A DNA stretch of 36,978 bases from a virus. Taxonomy: Duplodnaviria; Caudoviricetes. The position numbers and the translations under genes are program-made. The notes below the pieces were generated by a model. It had not been told where the DNA came from. It made no database searches and worked only from the letters and a program-made list of their open reading frames with translations. Positions 29,706 through 36,874 of this stretch are shown one piece after another (the first letter of the stretch is position 1; each line of letters begins with the position of its first letter). Location: IMG/VR virus record IMGVR_UViG_3300005523_000005, positions 1-36,978 of that record. The stretch is one strand, 5' to 3'.

Positions 29706-30875
29706 ATGTCTTCCATTACAGTAGAAAAAATCAGATTGACTGGAGCATTACAAATTCCAGTTCTGACGCAAGCACAAATCGATGCTCTGTCTCCTGAACA
29801 GGGTCAGATTGTGTATAACTCTGATATTAACTATATCCAGATTTATGGTCCTTTTGATAACTGGGGACTAACTGACATTGGTACTGGTAACGACTTGTGG
29901 GATATCGAGAATCAAACAAACAACGGAACCAACTCAATGCTTTTCAAGAGTTTGGTTGCTCGTGGTGAAAACGAGGGTCCTGACCTTGTTACTATGCAAT
30001 CTAATTATCAGAACAATGCTGGTGCATGGGCAGGTAATAATCGTTTCTTATATCAAGCAGGTTTTGAAGGATATCAAACTGTTGCTATTCCCAAAGATGG
30101 TTTATACAGATTTGAAATTGGTGGAGCAAGAGGAGGAAAATGTTCTAACAGAGGTGTTACCATCATGTATGGTGCATCAGCAACTGGTGACTTCTATCTA
30201 ACCAAAGACCAAAGAATCACTATGGTTGTTGGTGTTGGTGGTGGTGACTATTCTTCGCCTCATGGAAATGAGGCTGGTGGCGGTGGAGCGACATGGGTAT
30301 ATGACAATACCAACAATAATCTATTGATGGCAGCTGGTGGTGCTGGTGGTAGTGCTGGTAACACTTGGGGTACTTCATGTACTAGAGATACAAACATCGG
30401 AAGAGGACAATCTACTCAGGGTGTACAAAGTTTCACCTGTTCATACAGTGTTTCTGCACCATCTGTTGGTGAAGGTGGAAATGCTAACGGTAGTTACCAT
30501 GGCGGTGCTGGTGGTGGATTAAATGGTGATGGACAAAGTGGTGGAACTCACTGTGGTCCCGCTATTGGTGGACAAGGATATAATAACGGATTACAAGGCG
30601 GTACAGGAAATACATGTTATACTACTGGAGGTCTTGCTAACTCTGGTGGATTTGGCGGTGGCGGCGGAGGTCAGTTATCTGGTCCTGGCGGTGGCGGTGG
30701 ATATACTGGAGGATGTACAGCAGGACAGTGGTCTTCTTACAGCACCCATGGTGGTGGAGGAGGATCATATAACGCAGCAACTACTAATAACTCTATTACT
30801 GCTGGTGGAAACACTGGAAGTACTGGTGGTTATGCAGGTTGCGGATATTGTATAATGACTTGGTTGAGTGAATGA
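29706..30875 (+). CDS. glycine-rich fibre-tip/adhesin-like protein with ALK/LTK-type glycine-rich domain
   Basis: GYQTVAIPKDGLYRFEIGGARGG..GASATGDFYLTKDQRITMVVGVGGG..GGGGATWV..LLMAAGGAGG..GGFGGGGGG..GGGGGYTGG..GGGGGSYN pattern, plus an N-terminal fibre module. Confidence 0.75.
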   Translation: MSSITVEKIRLTGALQIPVLTQAQIDALSPEQGQIVYNSDINYIQIYGPFDNWGLTDIGTGNDLWDIENQTNNGTNSMLFKSLVARGENEGPDLVTMQSNYQNNAGAWAGNNRFLYQAGFEGYQTVAIPKDGLYRFEIGGARGGKCSNRGVTIMYGASATGDFYLTKDQRITMVVGVGGGDYSSPHGNEAGGGGATWVYDNTNNNLLMAAGGAGGSAGNTWGTSCTRDTNIGRGQSTQGVQSFTCSYSVSAPSVGEGGNANGSYHGGAGGGLNGDGQSGGTHCGPAIGGQGYNNGLQGGTGNTCYTTGGLANSGGFGGGGGGQLSGPGGGGGYTGGCTAGQWSSYSTHGGGGGSYNAATTNNSITAGGNTGSTGGYAGCGYCIMTWLSE

Positions 30876-31081
30876 TGGAAGAACACGCTCCTTTCCTTAT
30901 GGTTCCTAGGAGAATCAGTAAGGAGAGGTATGATACGTGTCTTGAATGTGAACATTTTCGTAAGGTAACAAAACAATGTAAAATTTGCAATTGCTTTATG
31001 CAAGCGAAAGTGCAATTTCAAGATGCACAATGTCCAAAAAATAAGTGGTTCAAATGGAAGCCCAGAAAGACTACTAAATAA
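30872..31081 (+). CDS. small Cys-rich protein (DUF6171-like)
   Basis: RYDTCLECEHF..KQCKICNCFMQAKV..AQCPKNKW; ATGA overlap with the upstream stop. Confidence 0.75.
   Translation: MMEEHAPFLMVPRRISKERYDTCLECEHFRKVTKQCKICNCFMQAKVQFQDAQCPKNKWFKWKPRKTTK
31073..31080 (+). promoter_or_regulatory. late promoter ACTAAATA
   Basis: Overlaps the upstream stop codon and lies upstream of ATG 31108. Confidence 0.55.
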
Positions 31082-31107
31082 TACACACACTATTTTACGT
31101 GATCACA

Positions 31108-31308
31108 ATGGCACAGCAAACTCCTGAGCAATTAAAGAAAAACTTTGAAGAGCAACTCGGAAACGCAGAAAAACAAATCACTGAGTTGAAAGAAAATCTA
31201 GCGAAAGCAGAAGAATACAGACTCAAACTCATTGGTGGTTTGGAAACTCTTAATCTATTAAACCCTCCTGAAGAGGGTGAAACACCTGCAGTACCTACAG
31301 CAGAATAG
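31108..31308 (+). CDS. small coiled-coil hypothetical protein upstream of gp13
   Basis: MAQQTPEQLKKNFEEQL..ELKENLAKAEEYRLKLIGGLETLNLL. ATG 31108 preferred over GTG 31099. Confidence 0.75.
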   Translation: MAQQTPEQLKKNFEEQLGNAEKQITELKENLAKAEEYRLKLIGGLETLNLLNPPEEGETPAVPTAE

Positions 31309-31314
31309 TATTAG

Positions 31315-31350
31315 ATCCCTTCTTCCTAAATAGGTAAGAAGGGATTTTTT
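31315..31350 (+). terminator. rho-independent terminator with a late-promoter motif (CCTAAATA, 31325-31332) at its apex
   Basis: ATCCCTTCTT (31315-31324) pairs with AAGAAGGGAT (31336-31345); inner CCT/AGG pairs; T-tract follows. Confidence 0.85.
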
Positions 31351-31357
31351 GTGTGTA

Positions 31358-32158
31358 ATGGCATCTCCAAGTTCTAAGGCTGAACTCATCACATATTGTA
31401 AGAGGCAACTTGGCGAACCAGTGTTGCAAATTAACATTGATGACGAACAAGTCAACAACGTAATAGACGACACGTTTCAGTTCTTCCAAGAGAACTGTTA
31501 CAATGGTATGGAGCGTGCATTTTTATATCACGAACTTACTGATGACGATATAACTCGTTTTGCTGCTACTGCAACAACTTCGGAAGGAGCAACAACTTGG
31601 GAAGAAGCAACTAACTACATACCAATCCCAGCTCATGTGACTGGTATTAGTAAAGTCTTTGGTCTTGTTAGTAATTCAATTCGTTCTAATCTCTTTGGTG
31701 TTGAGTATCAGTTATTCTTGAATGATCTATATGCATTCGGATCACTTGATATTCTTAATTATTTTATGACTAAGCAATATCTAGAAACTCTAGATATGGT
31801 TCTAAACAATGGAGCATTCCAACAGTTTAGATTTACGGCACGTCGTGATCGTTTGTATCTTGATGTAGATAAAGACTTTCTTAAAGCAGAGACTAAACTT
31901 CTTATTGAATGTCATCGTCTCATTGATCCTACAGACGCTACAGAAATGAACAATGATCCATTTGTTAAGAAGTACGCTACTGCTCTTATGAAGAGACAGT
32001 GGGGTCAGAACTTAATCAAATATACCAATGTTCAATTACCAGGCGGCGTTACCCTTAATGGTAGAGAGATCTACACAGACGCACTTGCAGAAATTGAGAA
32101 AATCGAAAGCGAAGTTCTCAGTAAGTATGCACTTCCACCTATGGATATGATCGGATAA
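31358..32158 (+). CDS. gp13: neck protein gp13
   Basis: MASPSSKAELITYCKRQLGEPVLQINIDDEQ..YATALMKRQWGQNLIKYTNVQLPGGVTLNGREIY..PPMDMIG. ATG 31358 chosen as start. Confidence 0.93.
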   Translation: MASPSSKAELITYCKRQLGEPVLQINIDDEQVNNVIDDTFQFFQENCYNGMERAFLYHELTDDDITRFAATATTSEGATTWEEATNYIPIPAHVTGISKVFGLVSNSIRSNLFGVEYQLFLNDLYAFGSLDILNYFMTKQYLETLDMVLNNGAFQQFRFTARRDRLYLDVDKDFLKAETKLLIECHRLIDPTDATEMNNDPFVKKYATALMKRQWGQNLIKYTNVQLPGGVTLNGREIYTDALAEIEKIESEVLSKYALPPMDMIG

Positions 32159-32159
32159 A

Positions 32160-33284
32160 ATGCCTACCAGTCCCTATTTTCCAACTTACTACCAAGGTCA
32201 CAGTGGCGAACAAGGTCTCGTACAGGATCTTGTGGATGAACAAATCAAGTTGTTTGGTACAGATATATATTATCTCCCTAAAACGGTCTTAGCAGATAGC
32301 ACTCTGGATGAGGTCAGATACACTAAGTATCAAGATCAATTCCAAATTGAAATGCTTCTACAGAACGTTACAGGTTTTGGTGACAACGCTGAGTTCATCT
32401 CCAAGTTCGGTTTAAGAATTACAGACGAAGTAATGTTTCGTGTGTCTACAAGACGATGGTCAGAAGAAGTAGCAGAACACAGTCCTACCTTGACTGTGCC
32501 AGAAAGACCCAATGAGGGAGACTTACTATACTTTCCGTTGACAGAAGATATATACGAAATTAAATTTGTAGGAAAAGAAGAACCATTCTATCAGTTTGGT
32601 AAGATTCAATTTTATGCTATTACCGCTGAGATCTATGAAGTCGGTAGTGACGACTTTGATACTGGTGTTGCAGAGATTGATGCAGTAGAAGAACTATTTG
32701 ATAATGCAGTCAAACTCTTTATGGATCCTGGTGGCACAGGAGACTTTACTGTGGGTGAAGAAGTTGTTGGTGATGAATTCCTAGCAAAAGCTACATCAAC
32801 TATTACAGGGGATGCTGTAAGTGGCATAACTATTACAGACGGTGGTTCTCATTATAAAGTTGCTACACCACCAACAGTGACTATTACAGGAGGTGGAGGA
32901 AGTGGAGCGACAGCAACTGCGACGGTTAGCAGCACAGGCATCGTTAACGGGATTACTATTACTGATGCTGGGTCAGGTTACACATCTGCTCCTACTGTCA
33001 CCATTGATTATTCACCTAAGGACAATAGAGCTGAAGTCAAGTCATGGGATAGCACAACAAGAGCACTCCAAGTCATCAACAGAACAGGAACGTTCACCAC
33101 TGCTGAAGTCATTACTGGACTGACTTCTGGTGCTAAGTGGAGTCCTGAAACTTTCGATACTCTAAATAATACGAACAGTAACTACGATCAGAATAGACAG
33201 ATCGAAGATGAAGCTGATGACATCATTGACTGGACTGAAGGTAATCCATTTGGTGAAGCTGGTAATTTTACAGGTAGTATCTAA
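32160..33284 (+). CDS. gp14: neck protein gp14 (head closure) with inserted beta modules
   Basis: EQGLVQDLVDEQIKLFGTDIYYLP..SKFGLRITDE..RPNEGDLLYFPL..EIKFVGKEEPFYQFGK..DWTEGNPFGE. Confidence 0.92.
   Translation: MPTSPYFPTYYQGHSGEQGLVQDLVDEQIKLFGTDIYYLPKTVLADSTLDEVRYTKYQDQFQIEMLLQNVTGFGDNAEFISKFGLRITDEVMFRVSTRRWSEEVAEHSPTLTVPERPNEGDLLYFPLTEDIYEIKFVGKEEPFYQFGKIQFYAITAEIYEVGSDDFDTGVAEIDAVEELFDNAVKLFMDPGGTGDFTVGEEVVGDEFLAKATSTITGDAVSGITITDGGSHYKVATPPTVTITGGGGSGATATATVSSTGIVNGITITDAGSGYTSAPTVTIDYSPKDNRAEVKSWDSTTRALQVINRTGTFTTAEVITGLTSGAKWSPETFDTLNNTNSNYDQNRQIEDEADDIIDWTEGNPFGEAGNFTGSI
33161..33168 (+). promoter_or_regulatory. possible late promoter TCTAAATA upstream of gp15
   Basis: Motif about 115 nt upstream of ATG 33284, inside g14. 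Confidence 0.45.
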
Positions 33285-34084
33285 TGTTAGGGTCACATTT
33301 TTATAATCAGATTGTTCGTAAGAACATTATTGCGTTCGGTACTCTTTTCAATAATCTTGAAATGAAGAGTACTGATCCTAGTACTGGTGATGTTTTAGAA
33401 ACCATTAAGGTTCCTCTAGCATATGGTCCTAAACAAAAGTTTTTAGTTCGTCTAGAAGAAAACCAATCTAATAGAAAAGTAGCAATTACTTTACCTCGTC
33501 TCTATTTTGAGATGACAGGAATTGAATATGATGCTACTCGTAAAACATCTCCTCTTCAAAAATATAAAACTATTATTGCTGATAATCAAAATGAAGTAAG
33601 GGTACAGTATGTTCCTGTTCCTTATAATTTAAGTTTTGAATTAGGAGTTATTGCAAAGTCACAAGACGATGCATTACAAATTACAGAACAAATTCTCCCA
33701 TATTTTCAACCATCATTCTCTGTGACTCTTAATATGATTCCAGATATGAATGAGAAGAGAGATGTTGCTATTATATTAAACAATATTTCTCATGAAGATG
33801 CATGGGATGATAGTTTCTATGAACGTAGATATATCATCTACACTTTAAACTTCACCATGAAGTCTTATCTCTATGGTCCTTACAGCACTTCTGATATCAT
33901 TAAGAAGGCAATCATTCACGAAACACTTGGTGATGCTGCTGTCAACCGTAGAACTATTACAAGAACTTATACACCCAAAGCAACTACAGACATCAATACA
34001 GATGGTGTAATCGATGTTAACGATGACGCACTAGTTGATGCTGGAGATGACTTTGGATTTAATGAAGGAATTGAATTCTTATGA
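33284..34084 (+). CDS. gp15: tail sheath stabilizer and completion protein gp15
   Basis: MLGSHFYNQIVRKNIIAFGTLFNN..KVPLAYGPKQKFL..LPRLYFEM..PVPYNLSFEL..DDALQITEQILPYFQP. Confidence 0.93.
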   Translation: MLGSHFYNQIVRKNIIAFGTLFNNLEMKSTDPSTGDVLETIKVPLAYGPKQKFLVRLEENQSNRKVAITLPRLYFEMTGIEYDATRKTSPLQKYKTIIADNQNEVRVQYVPVPYNLSFELGVIAKSQDDALQITEQILPYFQPSFSVTLNMIPDMNEKRDVAIILNNISHEDAWDDSFYERRYIIYTLNFTMKSYLYGPYSTSDIIKKAIIHETLGDAAVNRRTITRTYTPKATTDINTDGVIDVNDDALVDAGDDFGFNEGIEFL

Positions 34085-34497
34085 GTAGCCTAGAAGAAAA
34101 CATGGAAGATATGCTCAACATTAGTGCTGAAATTGTTGAGGAAAGTAAACCATCTAAACCTGCTCCACCTTCTGCTGATAAAGAAGATAAGGAAAAGGAC
34201 TATGAATATACCCGTGCTGAATTATATACTCTCATAGACAAGGGTCAGGAGGCGGTACAAGGTGCCTTAGAGGTTGCTCAGGAGTCAGGGCACCCTAGAG
34301 CGTATGAAGTCGCTGTAGCGGCAATGAAACACGTAGCAGACATGACTGACAAGCTTGCAGATCTTCATAAGAAGATGAAAGATCTTGATGCGGAGCAGAA
34401 AAAAGGTCCTTCTTCCGTCACAAATAATGCTATGTTTGTAGGTTCTACCAGTGAATTACAGAAAATGTTGAAGAAAATGGGTGGTGGAAAACGCTAA
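34081..34497 (+). CDS. gp16: terminase small subunit gp16
   Basis: DYEYTRAELYTLIDKGQEA..AQESGHPRAYEVA..DKLADLHKKMKDL..TNNAMFVGSTSELQKML. Confidence 0.93.
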   Translation: MSSLEENMEDMLNISAEIVEESKPSKPAPPSADKEDKEKDYEYTRAELYTLIDKGQEAVQGALEVAQESGHPRAYEVAVAAMKHVADMTDKLADLHKKMKDLDAEQKKGPSSVTNNAMFVGSTSELQKMLKKMGGGKR

Positions 34498-34500
34498 ATA
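34493..34500 (+). promoter_or_regulatory. late promoter GCTAAATA
   Basis: Overlaps the g16 stop codon and points into the accessory island. Confidence 0.6.
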
Positions 34501-34573
34501 ATAATTACCTAAACCAAGAACCCATTGTGTGGATTTTCGTGGGGTGGTTTACGGGGAAGAATTTAAAACAAAA

Positions 34574-34726
34574 ATGGATATCAAGAAAGAACTAGAACAA
34601 GTTCAGAAAAAGATAGACGAAATTAAAAGAAGACAAGATAACTTGCAAAAACTGCAAGACTTGCAAGATAGAAGCGACAAAATGAAAGGAACTAGACCCT
34701 TTAATCATGCATACGAAATGTATTGA
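34574..34726 (+). CDS. small coiled-coil hypothetical protein
   Basis: MDIKKELEQVQKKIDEIKRRQDNLQKLQDLQ... (50 aa). ATG 34574 preferred over GTG 34529, which lies inside a hairpin. Confidence 0.6.
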   Translation: MDIKKELEQVQKKIDEIKRRQDNLQKLQDLQDRSDKMKGTRPFNHAYEMY

Positions 34727-34760
34727 AACGATAACATTGTCCGTGAAGAAATGATTAAAG

Positions 34761-34790
34761 TTGCGAATACCTACCCTATATTACTATAAT
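34761..34790 (+). promoter_or_regulatory. candidate sigma70-type (early) promoter
   Basis: TTGCGA-N18-TATAAT, intergenic, 6 nt before ATG 34797. Confidence 0.5.
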
Positions 34791-34796
34791 TAGATT

Positions 34797-34961
34797 ATGA
34801 GTTTTGAGAATAAGATGCGTTTTAATGAATCAGATTTAATCCGTTTAATTACTGCCTGTAAGTGTTATCAAGATCAGACAGGCAGCGAGTGGATGTGGGA
34901 ACAATATGAGAATCTTATTAACAAAATCCAAACATATAAAGAACAATACTCAACTGACTAA
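34797..34961 (+). CDS. small conserved picocyanobacterial/cyanophage hypothetical protein (not in ORF track)
   Basis: MSFENKMRFNESDLIRLITACKCYQDQTGSEWMWEQYENLINKIQTYKEQYSTD (alternative ATG 34815). TAA overlaps the petE ATG (TAATG). Confidence 0.75.
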   Translation: MSFENKMRFNESDLIRLITACKCYQDQTGSEWMWEQYENLINKIQTYKEQYSTD

Positions 34962-35284
34962 TGAGAATTTTATTTGCGTTTCTAGCTACACTTTTATTTG
35001 CCTTGCCATCTTGGGCAATTGATGTTACAATGGGGGTCGATGGCAATTTGGTTTTTTCGCCAAATGACATCACGATCAACGCAGGAGAGACAATTCATTT
35101 TGTAAATGGTATGCTTCCACCTCATAATATTATTATAGAGGGTAGAGAAGATCTGTCAAGAGAATCACTTATGTTTGCACCAGGTGAATCACAAGACATC
35201 ACTTTTACAGATCCAGGAGATTACGAATTCTTCTGTGCTCCGCATAAAGGTGCTGGTATGACAGGCACAATTCACGTTCAATAA
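34961..35284 (+). CDS. petE: plastocyanin
   Basis: Signal peptide ending in SWA; GNLVFSP..TINAGETIHFVNGMLPPHNI; type-1 Cu ligands in PHN and FFCAPHKGAGMTGTIHV. Confidence 0.95.
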   Translation: MRILFAFLATLLFALPSWAIDVTMGVDGNLVFSPNDITINAGETIHFVNGMLPPHNIIIEGREDLSRESLMFAPGESQDITFTDPGDYEFFCAPHKGAGMTGTIHVQ

Positions 35285-35286
35285 CA

Positions 35287-35580
35287 ATGAATCTTAACCA
35301 ACCACAAACAGAAACAAAAAAACAGATTGAGGATGAAACTATGGCACATAGATTCACTGAGATCAAACCAAAACATTATGTAACTGAAGATCAAGTTCAG
35401 AAAATGATTGATGATGCTATTCGGCAACATAATCGGAATGCGAGCATTATAAGTTTTTGGGTGGGATGGTTTGTTCTCGCACTATTCGCAGAGGGATTAC
35501 TCAGACTTATTGGAGTAATTCCTCCTCTAGCACCTTGGCTAGATATTTCCTTAGATAAAGTTTTTGGTTTAATTTCTTAA
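35287..35580 (+). CDS. conserved cyanophage membrane protein
   Basis: MIDDAIRQHNRNASIISFWVGWFVLALFAEGLLRLIGVIPP hydrophobic segment. The true start may be ATG 35341 (GAGGA upstream). Confidence 0.7.
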   Translation: MNLNQPQTETKKQIEDETMAHRFTEIKPKHYVTEDQVQKMIDDAIRQHNRNASIISFWVGWFVLALFAEGLLRLIGVIPPLAPWLDISLDKVFGLIS

Positions 35581-35586
35581 TGTAAT

Positions 35587-36135
35587 ATGACATATACTAT
35601 GCATAAGCAAAATCTCCTTAAATTATTGAGGGAGAGAGCGTATCGAAGAGGGCATTTTACTTTATCATCTGGTAAATTGACTCAGCATTATATTAATTGC
35701 AAACCTGTCACATTATGCTGTGAAGGACTTGCAATGATTTCTTCGTTGATGTATGAAGAAATTGGTGATGTAACTGCAGTTGGTGGTCTTACCCTAGGTG
35801 GTGATCCATTAGTCTGTGGTGTTGCACAGAGAGCATTTTATAAAGGTGGACATATTGATGCTCTTATTGTTAGAAAGAATCCTAAAGATTATGGTACTAA
35901 GGAAGTTATTGAAGGATGGAAACCACCTTTAGGATCTTCTATTACTGTTCTAGAAGATGTTGCTACTACAGGTTCTAGTGCTATGACAGCAGTTGATGTT
36001 TTACGTAGAGCAAATTATAGAGTTGATAGAGTAGTTGCTATCGTAGATCGTATGGAAGATCATAAGATCTGGGAAGATAATTCTATCGAATTTAGAGCGT
36101 TGTATACTTTGGAGGATATTATCAATGCTAGCTAA
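35587..36135 (+). CDS. pyrE: orotate phosphoribosyltransferase
   Basis: GHFTLSSGK..YINCK; VGGLTLGGDPL; IVRKNPKDYGTKEVIEG; PRPP loop VLEDVATTGSS; AIVDR. Confidence 0.93.
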   Translation: MTYTMHKQNLLKLLRERAYRRGHFTLSSGKLTQHYINCKPVTLCCEGLAMISSLMYEEIGDVTAVGGLTLGGDPLVCGVAQRAFYKGGHIDALIVRKNPKDYGTKEVIEGWKPPLGSSITVLEDVATTGSSAMTAVDVLRRANYRVDRVVAIVDRMEDHKIWEDNSIEFRALYTLEDIINAS

Positions 36136-36256
36136 TATTCTGCTATGGGTATCAGTTCCCTTTGTATTAGCAACACTCTATTTTGGAACAAAAGGAGGGT
36201 ACTATAATACAGACATGTATAAAGGAGATGGTACTGCACACAAGGTCTTGAAATAA
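36125..36256 (+). CDS. ndhP: NDH-1 complex small subunit NdhP homologue (not in ORF track)
   Basis: MLANILLWVSVPFVLATLYFGTKGGYYNTDMYKGDGTAHKVLK: one TM helix, then FGTKGGYYNTDMYKGDGTAH, matching the recalled cyanobacterial NdhP tail FGT(K/R)NGFYDSDxYxGNGSAH. Confidence 0.8.
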   Translation: MLANILLWVSVPFVLATLYFGTKGGYYNTDMYKGDGTAHKVLK

Positions 36257-36289
36257 ACACAAACATAAGTAATTACACTTATACAATAA

Positions 36290-36297
36290 ACTAAATA
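36290..36297 (+). promoter_or_regulatory. late promoter ACTAAATA
   Basis: Intergenic, upstream of ATG 36324. Confidence 0.55.
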
Positions 36298-36323
36298 TTA
36301 TTGAATACGGGATTGAAACTATC

Positions 36324-36557
36324 ATGCCCCTGACTCATCAGAAACATTATACTGTCGGATATTTCGACAGCCAGCATATTCATCACGAGATTTGTGAATA
36401 TGCAGAAACTGCATACGATGCAATACAGCAATTAAAAGAGGATGTATCTCTCCTAAGGGATCATCCTCATTTTATTGACTACTGTAAACCAGACCGTAAG
36501 ACAGAAGTAGAAAACATCTACGACTTCTTAGCTGCTGGTATTCCTATGGGACACTAA
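36324..36557 (+). CDS. host-like conserved hypothetical protein, His/Cys-rich
   Basis: MPLTHQKHYTVGYFDSQHIHHEICEYAETAYDAIQ..EDV..HPHFIDYC resembles small proteins of marine picocyanobacteria and their phages. Confidence 0.75.
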   Translation: MPLTHQKHYTVGYFDSQHIHHEICEYAETAYDAIQQLKEDVSLLRDHPHFIDYCKPDRKTEVENIYDFLAAGIPMGH

Positions 36558-36558
36558 A

Positions 36559-36675
36559 ATGGAAACACTTAGATTGAGATATCTATTACGAGGATGGTGG
36601 TTGCTGCTTATACTAGCAGGTATTGCTGCAGGACCATCCATAGCATATGCTGACCAAGGCGTATATTTTATGTGA
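36559..36675 (+). CDS. small hydrophobic peptide (38 aa, not in ORF track)
   Basis: METLRLRYLLRGWWLLLILAGIAAGPSIAYADQGVYFM fills the gap with 1-nt spacing to both neighbours. Confidence 0.55.
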   Translation: METLRLRYLLRGWWLLLILAGIAAGPSIAYADQGVYFM

Positions 36676-36676
36676 C

Positions 36677-36874
36677 ATGAATTTAGTTCTTCGTACACAC
36701 GAAAACTTAAGTGATCCTGTTTGGGGTGTTATCATCATGCTTGCAATTCTTCTGATAATTGTGACTTGGTATATTGTCTATATACTAAGATCATCATTTA
36801 AGGAGTTAGATCATGGCAGCGATGACACCACCGAGTCGGAAGAGTTGTTACAACTTCAGAGTGACGGAGATTAA
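36677..36874 (+). CDS. small membrane protein
   Basis: MNLVLRTHENLSDPVWGVIIMLAILLIIVTWYIVYILR, a single TM helix. ATG 36677 preferred over 36647. Confidence 0.65.
   Translation: MNLVLRTHENLSDPVWGVIIMLAILLIIVTWYIVYILRSSFKELDHGSDDTTESEELLQLQSDGD

Noticed and set aside
26380-30875. Diversity-generating retroelement or invertible fibre cassette
   Set aside because: No reverse transcriptase, recombinase, template/variable repeat pair or flanking inverted repeats were seen in the window.
33-33123. Many 60-160 aa ORFs on the minus strand or in alternative plus frames within the large genes
   Set aside because: These are shadow ORFs caused by the strong T/A-ending codon bias of the real genes. They have no recognisable motifs, and the Leu/Val-rich translations are typical frame-shift artefacts.
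33985-34050. EF-hand-like DINTDGVIDVND in the gp15 tail
   Set aside because: This is a single DxNxDG loop in an acidic C-terminal extension. It is a plausible Ca site but too weak alone to report as a finding.
34501-34800. tRNA gene in the island intergenic DNA
   Set aside because: No cloverleaf or T-loop GTTCRA signature was found.
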